Assembly (NCBI RefSeq): GCF_036588685.1
Contig: NC_086375.1
Location: 50,592,001 to 50,656,000, forward strand
Direction: 5' to 3'
Source of the DNA: Mytilus trossulus
Taxonomy: Eukaryota
DNA length: 64,000 nt
Part shown: positions 49,601 to 61,336 of the stretch, piece after piece
How the letters are laid out: the number at the start of each line of letters is the position of its first letter
How positions within the stretch are numbered: position 1 is the first letter of the stretch
The notes under the pieces: model-generated
The model's database searches: none
The model's input: only the letters and a program-made list of their open reading frames with translations
Told to the model about the DNA's origin: nothing
Translations under genes and position numbers: made by a program

Positions 49601-51857
49601 GCCTTGGTTGTCACCTTAATTGTTTATACTAGTAATTTTTATGCTTTTTAAAGCTTGCTATTCGGTTTGACCCAAGGCTCCGTGTTGAAGACCGTACTTT
49701 GATCTATAATGGTATACTTTTACAAATTGTGACTTTGATGGAGAGTTGTCTCAATAGCACTCATACCACGTCTTCTGATATCTGTTAAGCACCAACATCC
49801 AAATAACAAAAACATACAAAATGTCTATATTTTTAACATTCGCTGTAGTACTTTTTTGGTAAGATTCTTAAGCGAGGCTCGGTATTTATATATTCAGTCA
49901 TTGTGTTATGGTGATATGGTATTTTTTTTTTGGTATTCTTGTCTTTCATTTTAGCTTATGTGCTTTGTTGCGAGTGCCCACATGCCATTTTATTTTTCTT
50001 TGTTGACATAGTTGTTCGTATTTCATTGTTATTAAGATCATAACACACGTTTGACTATTGTCCCCAATTTTTGACATTTTTACCTATTGGTCAATATAAT
50101 AGAATATTATGCAATTGTCATTCAAGGAAGAGGTTTAGCTATATAAACATTAGGTTTAATCCTTCATTTTTTTACATAAAGAAATGAAAAGATCTGAATT
50201 GAGTCAGGAATATGAGCAGTTGCTTTCCATTTGTTTGATATGTTTGGGCTTTTGATTTTGCCATTTGAAAAGGAACTTTCTGTTTTGAATTTTCTGTGGA
50301 GTTCGTTTTTAAAGTGTTTTCTTTTTACACTGTAGTTAAATTTTTATTAAAAAGTCTTTTAGTATGATATGCTGAACCTATTTCTTCTAAGATGTATGCC
50401 TCGCAAAATTATAACCATTAAAGTTTTATGACCGATAATATAGAAAAGAAGATGTGGTATGATTGCCAATGAGACAACTATCCACAAAAGACCAAAATGA
50501 CACAAACATTAACAACTATAGGTCACCGTACGGCCTTCAACAATGAGCAAAGCCCATACCGCATAGTCAGCTAAAAAAGGCCCCGATAAGACAATGTAAA
50601 ACAATTTAAAAGAGAAAACTAACGGCCTTATTTATGTAAAAAAAAAATGAAGTTGATACTGAACTTAAAATACAACCTGATAAAAAGTGTTTTATTAAAA
50701 ACAATCGGTTACCTCTGTCTGTTCTTGTATTTCCTGGCTGTATTTCATTTCTGGAAATAGAAGAGCAAAAATTATCATTAGATTTAATGTTTTAAAATGC
50801 ACGTGAATATCAAATATATACATGCGTAGCTCTTACTACTTTTTAGACATATCCTATTTTTTTAGCACAACAAAGAGACGTTGACAAAAATTAAATAACA
50901 TAATTTTTTTTATTTACAGGTTGGAACAGAACTAGTGTAGCGTCAAAATTATTCTAATGCCATTAATCATTTCATACATACCAGTGATAATGCTATCAAA
51001 TGTTTTTTGTGGGGTGCGAGTTTTTGTTTCATGATGAAACTATCACAGTGTAATTAAAAACAGTAATTCAATTTTACAGTGGGCATAGTTTTGTGAAGTG
51101 CATGTATGGATTTTGTAAAATGAAATATTAAGGTGGTATGGGTGTCTTTCGCCATCTTGGATTGTAAAAAACAGAGAATCTAAGGTCCATATTTTCTATC
51201 AAATTAGCAAAATTTGATGCAAGTATGCAGATTTTTCATGTGTTTTTACATTTAAAAGATCCAATTTATAAGAATATAACTTATAAATATAAATATATGT
51301 ACAAGTGTAGATTATTTTTGGTTGTTTTTAAATATTTTGAAATTGTCATTTTAAGGGGAGGTAACTCTAAAATAGTGCATTTTCTGTTGGATTGTTCATG
51401 GAATTTTCCTACTTTGTATTTTAGCCGGGAAAAACGCACGGTGACCCTATCTTTTCTTTTGATATTATCAAAGCATTGTTTGAAAGCTATATTTTCCTAA
51501 TTTATTTTACAATTCTATCATTTCGTTTAGTTTCTATTCACAAAATGGTGTTTTTTCCTGTATAATCCATACAAAATGTGTCATTTTGTCACGACCCGTA
51601 GCTTGAAAAAATGCACGGTGACCTATCATTTTTATAATATTTTTCAACATGTATCAATAGATACTACATTTTGGCAAAGTATGAACAAATTCTATCATTT
51701 TTATTTTAGACTCCCATACCACCTTAACACCATTATGTTACAGTTGTGACATTTACACCAAAATTAAAGATCACATATTAATTCAAAACACACTGGTTCC
51801 AATCAAACCAATGAACTTCTCGCTAAGACTACTGCAGAAAAATTACCTTTCGGCCAT
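43607..51857 (-). CDS. Acidic, low-complexity protein (574 aa to first TGA) forming the open N-terminal part of a 14-exon gene; FFAT-like motif
   Basis: Phase-consistent GT-AG exons 51857-51847 (MAER), 50750-50713, 48183-48049, 47717-47601, 46995-46897, 46506-46417, 46152-46057, 45518-44445 (contains the 317-aa ORF) and 43671-43607. No stop before the TGA at 43609-43607. Confidence 0.7.
50443..50652 (+). repeat. Young interspersed repeat, near-identical to 28666-28880
   Basis: Direct sequence comparison; both copies end at aaaaaaatgaagtt. Confidence 0.8.
51132..51723. mobile_element. Non-autonomous TTAA-targeting DNA transposon (Kolobok-like MITE)
   Basis: TTAA at 51128-51131 and 51724-51727; 16-bp TIR GGTGGTATGGGtGTCT / AGACtCCCATACCACC with one mismatch; internal repeat gaaaaa.gcacggtgacc.tatc twice. 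Confidence 0.8.
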
Positions 51858-54800
51858 CAGTATCGGAAAAATCGACACGAGACCAACCATTCAACAACGC
51901 CTTATAGAATTTCTTTAACTTATTCTTTCATTAACGACGAAATATAGAAAAATATCACTTTTTTTAAATAACAAAATGCCTTAAACAAATCAGAAACGGG
52001 CCTTCTGTTTTTTTTTAAATACGATTGATATCTTTGAGCTTTTGATTTTACCATTTGTAATAGAGGGTTTTTCCGTTTTGAATTTTCCTCAGTGTTCGTT
52101 TACTTTACTTTTTGCGTTTAACTGTAACAGTATCCTGTTCATTATTGTGCAGTCAATTTCAACTTACGCATCAATAACTGTAGCATAAATACTATCGTCT
52201 AGAACCATGCTGTATATTGTTTTTTGTTTTTTTCATGCAAATATCAAATCTGTGGAAAATAATATTAATTGTCAATACAGAGAAACATATATTGGTTATT
52301 CAAATGACAAAAAAAAATTCTGCATCCAGATTTTTCTCATACCTTATAGAATTGAATTTAGAAAAAAAAATATTTGATTGATAGCGTCGAAAAAACAATG
52401 AATCAGACCGAGGACCTTTAATACATTTACCCTGCTGAGGTTAAATAGTTACACCGACCATTCATCTTTGAAGGAGATTAAAGAATATTAGTACGTAAAA
52501 AAGTAGTTTTGGTTGTTTGAATCAGCTGAATGGTGGAATTTGGACAAAGAGTATATATCTACAGAAAATAGGGGAAACAAATACGACTTAATTAAAAAGA
52601 TTCAAAAATAAATCTCGTTCCAGTATGCTATAATGTTTTTAACATAACAATTTGCTATTTTAAGATCTTTTTATAAACTGAAAGGCTGAGTTCCCCTCTT
52701 CCTTTTAAAAACATGTGGCGTGTCTGTTCTGTCATTTTTGATCCTTTACTTAAAAAAAATAGATTTCAATCATCTTATCTTTATAATGCTATGACTAATA
52801 TATCATATACTCGCTGATTGTGATTGTGCCTACACAGGCAGTTGACCCAATAAATCTTATTTATTTTTAACTTATGAACTTCCTAAAACTATATTTAGAA
52901 TTTAAGATTGGGGATTTTCAGTTGATTATGTCGAATTGACAGAACACAATATTGTTGGTTTTTAAATGACTTGTTATCGAACGCCTATTTTTTTTGGCGA
53001 CCATAATACCGTTTGATATTTAAACGATTTATAAACTTTATTTAATACAAAATAAAACTGTTTTTTAAAGCTACCTATAAGAATAAGACATTCTTGATTC
53101 TTCTCACTTAACAGTAAATTGTACATATTTCTCTCTTTTTTAAATTCATTTCCCAAACTAAATGATCACATTATTTTTTAACTGTGAAGACACGCGAGCA
53201 ACAAGCTGACATCAAAAGAAAAAAAAATAATAAGCCAGAAAAATAGGATTAAGAAAAACAAAATAACGAAAACCAGAATAACAGAATAACATAAACAAAT
53301 TCTAGAACTTTTCCTGCTTTCAACATTTTTTTTTTAATTCATATATATATTCCTGCTTTCAACAATACGCCTACAGGAAACTCGTTGAGTATCAACTCAC
53401 GTCGAAATATCATTGTTAAGATTTATAGTTCCGGGTGTTTTAATTCAGGAAGTTAATTTTTCCGGCACTTTTAACTAAAATGCATATTAACATACAAATA
53501 GCATTATTTCCTTAATCATTTACAAATTGGTACTTACTTTGTGTAGGCTAGCTTGCAAAAATTTCAACTCAGGTGATCAAAATTTATTAGGTATTTCCCC
53601 ATATATTACTGATAAAGGTATATAACTCTGATATATCATGTATACAGTAGCCCGGTAGATTCAAATAGGAGGAACACACATTAATTGGTTTTTCATATTT
53701 CATGATAAGAATCCGTTATGGACCTGCGGAATCATGATCAACTAATATTCAGCATCAGTTTAAATGTTTAATCGTATAGTCTCATTTCATGTCATAAAGG
53801 AAAGAGTAAGGTTATCGTGCAAGAATTATAGATAATTCAGAGGTTGCAATTTGCAAAGAAACTTTGGTTCATCTCTTATTTTTTTCGTTTATGGGAGGTA
53901 TAACCACCCACGCCTTTCCCGTTAACAAAAAATAAACACGTTTGCGTCAAATTAACACCATTTTTTTTATATAAATGAGATAATTAATTTATACTCCTTA
54001 TATTTTGCAAATTTACATATTTACTTTTTGTTGCAATTCGACCCGTTTCCTTATGTTTTATCAGTTCCAGATGCTTTCTTTGTCGCAACATATCTAGGTA
54101 GTAAAACATTTGGGAGTCATGGTTTTTTCTCATTTTCGTATTTTTGTGGCAAAATCCATATCCTTTGTTTTTTATGATTGCCAGTAATGGTTTTTATTCT
54201 ATTTTTTACAATACAATTTTACATTTTGTATTGACAATTTCAAACCTGTAGAAAGACAACGTTTCTATCAGAAAGAAAACAGATAAAACAAATATGCTAG
54301 GAAACGATAATCCCAATATTTTTTGTATATCAAATTTATTTGGTCGACATTTGAACTTATTATAATAAACTTAAATGTTTCCTTTTTCATACTTGGATTA
54401 TACTGTAACTTATATTTCTTATTTTTCTTCGAATTATGATGTTGTAAAATAAAATAAAAATCAATTACGTTTTGAGAACACTGTGACAAAACGGGTATAC
54501 GTTTTGAAACGATCTAAATGTCGTGTTGCCTTGTTTGAAAAGAACAACAGAAAAACTGTAAACTTCAACTTTTATTTTTTTATGATTTAATCATTCTTTT
54601 TAACAGCCAGTGAAACCTCCAATTATTTTTTTCGTGTTGACAAGATCGCTTTACTGTTTGAAGTCGTTGCTATAGAAACTATACGCATGTTTCCGGCACA
54701 AAAATATCAGGAACCAGGAATTAAGTAAATATACTTTTAAAATATCATACATATTCTTTCTTTCAGCTTTTCCAATTTCAAATATGACGTCAGTTTGTAC

Positions 54801-54864
54801 GTTGAGGCTTTGGCTAACTCGGGAATGTATTTTTTGTGCTGCACTATGTTCTTTTATGTAATGT

Positions 54865-55712
54865 ATACGTTTTTATTCTGTAGTCAGTTAATACTTCGGT
54901 TTTATCATGTATATCTATTATAGTCATTTTATGAAATTTACTGTTTGCAAATGTATAAATTATTCTAAATAATAAGTATGTTCTTATCACAAGTAAAAAA
55001 ACCTAGCCGTATTGGTCACACCTTTTATTTAGCTTTTTGTCCTCAGAACTGTTCAACTTTGTACTTGATTTGGCTTTCGAACTTTTTTCATCTAAGCGTC
55101 ACTAGTTAGTCTTGTGTGGACGAAACGCACTCCTGGTGTATTAAATTTTAAACCTGGTACCTTTTGTTAGCTATTATTCGTGTGTTTCTTTGTCCTATAT
55201 ATTCTCCTATATATTTGTATTGTAGTCCTGATATGTTATGTTGTGATTTAATGTTATATTCAACATTGCAATCAAAGAGAAAGGTTTGGCATGCCACAAA
55301 ATAAAGTTCAACCCTCCATTTTTTCTTTTTAAAAATGTCCTGTACCAAGTTAGGAAAATGGCCATAAGTTTATTAAAGTTCGTTTATGTGTGTGTTACAT
55401 TTTAACGTTTGGTTTCTGTTGTGTCGTTCGTTTCCTCTTATACTTGAGTGTGAATTTGCATTGCTATAACACGTGTCATGGTACTTTTCTGTCATTTATT
55501 CATGTATTAAGTTTTGATGTTATGTTCGTTATTTTCATCGGATTTTGTATAATGCTTAGTTCGTTTCGGTGTGTGTTACATTTCAATGTTGTGTTTTGTT
55601 GTGTCGATGTTCTCCTCTTATATTTAAAACGTTTCCCTCAGTTTAAGTTTGTAACCCGGATTTTTTTTTCTATTGATTTATGAGTTTCGAACAGCGGTAT
55701 ACTACTGTTTCC
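54865..55712 (+). mobile_element. Composite repeat: diverged family A retrozyme body with dead hammerhead (55096-55139) joined to the 10188-type repeat
   Basis: gcgtca CTAGTTA gtct-tgtgt-ggac GAAA cgcact cc tggtgt followed by cctggtacctttt...tttgtattgtagtcctg...gaacagcggtatactactgtt; the same junction is seen at 5590-5955. Confidence 0.65.
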
Positions 55713-56138
55713 CCTGGGTCAATTTTTTTTTTCGCCACCTCTTTCGCTAAAACAATATATTTTTCGCCACTTTATTATTTTTTTCGCCAAGTAACATAAC
55801 TATATTTTCTATGCTTGAAACACGCGTGTCACTCAAACGACTTCAAAGTATTCTCCCTGATCAATTACCTATATTAAAGTCGAAGGATAATTAAAGTGTA
55901 AATTGGAAATTTTTCTTGTATTTGAACATTTTTCGTCACAATAACAGCTTTCTTTTTTAAACTATTCTTAAAAGGAGAGGAGACGTCAAAAGAGTTCTTC
56001 AAACACGTGCGTCACAAAGTGGTGAATAAATTCTGTATTTGACATTTAGCGGAATCCTTTTAACCCTATCATTTTGTCAAACAATTCAATCAACACCTTT
56101 ATTAATTAGTCCTTTGTTGTCGATAGCTATAAAAATGC

Positions 56139-57097
56139 AATCAGCTGATTCGGCGTTTCGCATTTGCGCCGATTTTTTTTTTTCATTTGCGCCGATTTTT
56201 TTACAGGTAAATTACAGGTGAAATGATATAAGAAAATGTGGTATGAGTGCCAATGAGACAACTCTCCATCCCAGTAATGTTATTTTCATTTATCACTAAA
56301 GACCTCTTCCGTTAGCCAGTTGTACACATGTTATGAATTGTCAATCATAACATGCATATAACTGTTGTCTCCTGTTTCAAATCAAGAAGTAAAAACCTAA
56401 GATAAAAGCACTTTCAAATTGTTTATACTAAAATGACGAATTAAAGATATATGTACAGCATTCAAATCCATAAAAACGGAATTCATTCAAATCATAAATC
56501 TGTCTTTGCCGAGTATGTATAGTAGGCAACACTTCAAATACATTCCTTTCTTATGATTTTGTCTCTTCTATATTTGGCGTAATTGTCGATAAAGAATGCC
56601 ATCTTTTCTTTGTCTGGCATACAATGTACGTACTGGTGGGGGCATTTCTAGAGTTCGCATTTTCTCTCAAGGGAGCTCTTAAACCAAGAGTTCCACATGG
56701 TGAGGTTGAAATCATCCCTTCGTTGATTTTATTGACGCCATCACGATTTAGTTGACCGTTATGGAATGTGTACTTGTACATTTACGTTGTCTACGAATGT
56801 ATGAAATTTGTCATCAGAAGGAGCAGAGCGTCAGACAATGTCAAACGTGAAGAAGTCATCGATTTCATTTAGGGAAAGGAAAAGTAACCCCAAACATTGG
56901 GATAGCCATTTACCAATTGCAATGTCACTTGATTTGTCTTTATACTCTGTGCTCGGCCAATGTTAAAGTATGAACTTACCTGTAACTTACCTATTAGGAA
57001 AAAATATAAAATCGGCGCAAATGAAAACATTAAATCGGCGCAAATGAAAGAATGAAAATTTTCAAAATCGGCGCAAATGTCATACGCCCAGCTGATT
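56139..57097. mobile_element. Inverted-repeat element with catttgcgccgatt subrepeats, containing a PLE relic
   Basis: 56139-56219 is an imperfect reverse complement of 56978-57097; internal 56698-56770 translates VRLKSSLR*FY*RHHDLVDRYG (PLE thumb). Confidence 0.55.
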
Positions 57098-57469
57098 ATT
57101 GATTTTCTGTCCAAATCTTAATGAGATGAAGATGAATTCCGAGTATTGTCTAATCGGGTAAAGTCCAAGAAACTCGAAAAAAGTAAATAAACAAGATGGA
57201 GGAAAATAAATCGTTCTATATATTTCTTTCGCCAAATTCTTTAGCAAATGACTAATTTTAATCGCCACAATTATTTATTGTTCGCAAATTGCGAAAATGG
57301 CAACCGCGGAAACCCTGTTCATGATATAAATGCGCTAACCCGATTTATGCCTACCTTGTATATGCTTGGACATTTTGCAGACCGTTTCAAAAAATGACAT
57401 CTTCCGGTTTACGGTTTCGGTGATATTTATTTTGCTTTAACACGCGAATTCGGAAGCTATGAAACCAAG

Positions 57470-57646
57470 ATTTCTAAATGGTGAAGTTGAAATCATCCCT
57501 TCGTAACTTTTATGGACGCCATGGTTTACCGTTAAGGAATAACCGTTTCACATATGATATCGGATATGTTCATTACGTCGTATACGTAACTACAATTCCA
57601 TTTCCTTTCTTACGTCGTATACGTAACTACAATTCCATTTCCTTTC
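57470..57646 (+). mobile_element. PLE C-terminal relic ending in a 37-bp tandem duplication
   Basis: MVKLKSSLRNFYGRH...; ttacgtcgtatacgtaactacaattccatttcctttc at 57573-57609 and 57610-57646. Confidence 0.6.
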
Positions 57647-57649
57647 ATG

Positions 57650-58054
57650 ATAATTATCAGCGGTATCAGGATTATAATTTAGAAAGCCAGACAAGCGTTT
57701 CGTCTATATAAGACTCATCAGTGACGCTAATATCAAAATATTTATAAAACCAAAAATGAACAAAGTTGAACAGCATTGAGGATTTAAAATTCCAAAAAGT
57801 TGTACCAAATACGGCTAAGGTAATCTATGCCTGGGATAAAAAAATCCTTAGTCTTTCAAAAGATTAAAAGTTTTGTAAACAGGAAATTTATAAAAATGCC
57901 TACATTATTGATATGCATGTCAACACCAAAATTTTGACTACTGGGCTGGTGTTACCCTCGAGAACGAAACGTCCACCAGCAGTGGCATCGACATAGTGGT
58001 GTAAATAATTATCAAAGGTAACCTCATTATAATTAGGTACGCCAGACGCGCGTT
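57650..58054 (-). mobile_element. Family A retrozyme, one 355-nt unit (hammerhead 57685-57727 plus half hammerhead 58039-58054)
   Basis: Colinear with 62855-63287; predicted cleavage-site C residues at 57690 and 58045; core CTGATGA/GAAA intact in the first motif, whose stem III is no longer palindromic. Confidence 0.8.
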
Positions 58055-58247
58055 AAGTGTTTTCATTCATGAAAAGTAAAATAACACAAATACCAATCTA
58101 CAAGGAAAATTCAAAACGAAAACACATCAAACGAATGGAAACCAACTGTCATAATCAATATTTTGTACAAATTACATATAAAAAAACATCATGGACATTC
58201 ATTTTTTGAATGTAAATAAACTCATCATGGACTAAAATTTTACACTA

Positions 58248-58291
58248 ACGCCAGACGCGCGTTTCGTCTACAAAAGACTCATCAGTGACGC
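58248..58291 (-). ncRNA. Minimal type I hammerhead ribozyme (family A variant), intact; retrozyme body extends to about 58417
   Basis: Reverse complement gcgtca CTGATGA GTCT-tttgt-AGAC GAAA CGCGCG TC tggcgt. Confidence 0.88.
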
Positions 58292-58910
58292 TCAAATCAA
58301 CAAATTATTTAAAGACTGAAAAAAATATGAAGCTGAAGAGCATTGAGGACCAAAAACTCCTAAATGTTTTGCCAAATACACCTAAGGTAATTTATTCCTG
58401 CGGTAGAAAAGCCTTATTATACTTCAGAAATCATTCGAATTTAATTTGAACATGAAGGAACGACAGTTGTCTTTCTTCTTACAGATATTCGGAATGCTAA
58501 TGTATTATAGCAGACTTATACATGTAATATGTACAACGTCTTCAAATTTAAAATGTTTCAAAATGTTAGAAATTATTATAAATAAAGGCTTGATGAGACT
58601 GTTATTAAAGTGAGAGGGTTAGCGCTATAGAACCAGGTTCAATCCACCATTTTCTACATTTGAAAATGCCTTTACCAAGTCAGGAATATGACAGTTCTTG
58701 TCCATTCGTTTTTGATGCGTTTTGTTATTAGATTTTGCCATGTGATTATGGACTTTCCAAATGGATTTTTCTCTGAGTTCAGTATTTTTGTGATTTTACT
58801 TTTTGCATAGCTCTGATTCCTTTGACGGATTTGGCTATACTTTTTGGACGTTCGGATTTTAGCTGTTCATCGTTTATATAAGCTTTGGATTTCAAATGTT
58901 TTGGCCACGA

Positions 58911-58945
58911 GCATCACATGTATTATCGAAATGCGCATCTGGCGC
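58911..58945 (+). ncRNA. Hammerhead relic (family C) with core deleted
   Basis: gcatca c[core missing]atgtattatc GAAA TGCGCA TC tggcgc; palindromic stem III ATGCGCAT. Confidence 0.55.
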
Positions 58946-59041
58946 AGGGAAAATTGGTACCGTTAATGTTATTATACATGTATGACGTGTAAGGTTGCCA
59001 AAGGTAAAGAATTTAAAAGTAGTACGATCAACATGCCAACA

Positions 59042-59159
59042 ATATGTTTTCTACATTACTATATGTTTTCTACATTACTATATGTTTTCTACATTACTAT
59101 ATGTTTTCTACATTACTATATGTTTTCTACATTACTATATGTTTTCTACATTACTATAT
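59042..59159. repeat. Minisatellite, 19-bp unit x6
   Basis: atatgttttctacattact repeated six times perfectly. Confidence 0.95.
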
Positions 59160-61336
59160 ATACACTATAGGTATGTTTGCCTGTGAGAATTTGTAACGAA
59201 CTCTTTTAACGTTGCATGTGTATATGTTTGAAGAATGGAATGATTCCTCTGTTGTTTGCAAAGAGATTCAATTTTCAGAAGGAAAATTGTGTTACATTCC
59301 ATCAGTCTGTTTTAGTTGTATAAAGATATGTTGGAAACTGATTGAGACGACAAAAAAAATTAAATAATGTGATTTTTAATTTTCGTCGGTTTTAGTTGTC
59401 TAAATAAGTGATTTTCGTCGGATCTATATTTGCAAAAACGGAATGTATGTATTTCAGCTATTCGTAAACAATAAGTAAAAATAAAAATTTGTTATTTTTA
59501 TGTTGTGCAAAACCTGTTTAAAGCAGCAGATTTAAAAAAAAAACAACATTACTTGTTCATGGCGCAGAAAAGCTACTACAAAGTAAACAGAGTTTATTTT
59601 TTTTTATTTCTAATCTTTCGAATTTTAGTTGTCATGCCTACATTAAACCATTATATTAAGTTAAATTTATCACAAGAAACAACACATTTTTTAATTTATT
59701 TGGCCACGATTGAAAATGAGTTATTACACCAAAATTGTTTAACTGGCTTAATCTTTAAATTACAACTTTCCTTAAATAAAAATTGGTCCATTACCCCAAG
59801 TTTAAATTGGATATACAAGCGAGATTGATTTTCATTCGAGCCAACAGAATTTTATCTTTGTAGATAAATTCAAATATTTTCGTCAATCTTTTTTTATTCA
59901 AAACAACGAACACATTAAATATGCAAATACTATAAACCGTAATCAGATATTGATTGAAAATGAAACCATTATAATAATCCAGAATTTACTAATGCGTACA
60001 TTAACCATTAATGTTCAAAACACATTGCAGGAGATTACATGTTAACATTTTCAAATTTTGAGAAGAAATTCCAAATTTAATCAAGTATAAGTCTCGTTAA
60101 AAAAAATATGTAACTGTGGTAAACGTTCATGCTTTGTTTTAATAATGGTTGATATTTGTGATACTTTGTTCTGGATGTAAGCAACTAGTAGTGATACTGG
60201 TAAGATTATTGACAACTTGTATGTACTTTACTTTAGATAAACAATTTAGCATCAAGTATCGTAGGGTTTAACTTCCGTCATTTACATTTCATATGCGTTA
60301 TAGCAATCCTTTATTTACAAAAAAGAAAAAAGAGTAATTAAAGCAGGAGGACTTTGTAACGATATATTTTAAGATTAATATTTAGAGGAGAATAGTGTTT
60401 AATAACTGAATACCATAAGACAAAACAATATATTAATAATCATCAACATATTTAATATGCCTTTAGATCAATTGATTGTGTGACGAGGGCGTAAACAATT
60501 TCAGGTTGCCTTATAATAGATAGAAGCATTATAACTATGCTTCCTAGATTTGTTTTATGTCACTACCCTGGGGAAGATTTTATCAGCGTATTAGGAGATC
60601 AAGGTACCAGCAACTTCTGTTTCTTTATCAAATAATGTCATTAATCCGAAAGAAAGACATCTATTTCATTGAACTTTGATGACTAGTTGTATCATTAGCA
60701 AACTTCCTCATTTATTTTTTTATATTTAAAGCATACGTTTTAACATGCAAATCTAAATCATTTTCAGAAATTTACCTGAGATAATAAAAAAATGACACAC
60801 TAAATGCGTCACTTTTTGTTACGGCGATCCATTCATGTTACTTGCAGTTTATATTTTCATTCGTGGTGCCCAGTTAGCTGTCTAAAATTCATTGGAGGTG
60901 ACCGTTCTGCTGTATACATGACTTTTTTTGTCGTTATGTACTATTATATTATTTATATATGCTGAGTGTTGTTGCGTTTGTTTGTACGTTAAGTTGTGTT
61001 GTTATTTTACCGGTACTTTTTACATTGTCATATAAACGGGAGGTTTGCATATTCAAAATAACAGGTTAAACCCCCATTTTTCATAAAATGTCCTGTTCCA
61101 AGTCAGGAATATTGCAGCTGCTATCTACAGTCTGGTTCAATGTGTGCTGGAGTTTGCTTTTGTTGCAGTTCAGTGTTTCTGATGTTCCTTTTTTTCCTCT
61201 TATAGCCAACAAGGTCTTCTAGGTTTTAGTTTGTTACCCGGATTAAAATGTATGCCCATTCGAATTATGACTATTGATCAGCGGTAAAGTACTGTTGCCT
61301 TATTTATTTGTTTTTCTTTCAGAGCCTTATATCAAA

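Noticed and set aside
59042-59159. Regular repeats resembling a CRISPR array (also 13263-13440)
   Set aside because: Head-to-tail units without unique spacers, no cas genes, eukaryotic context.
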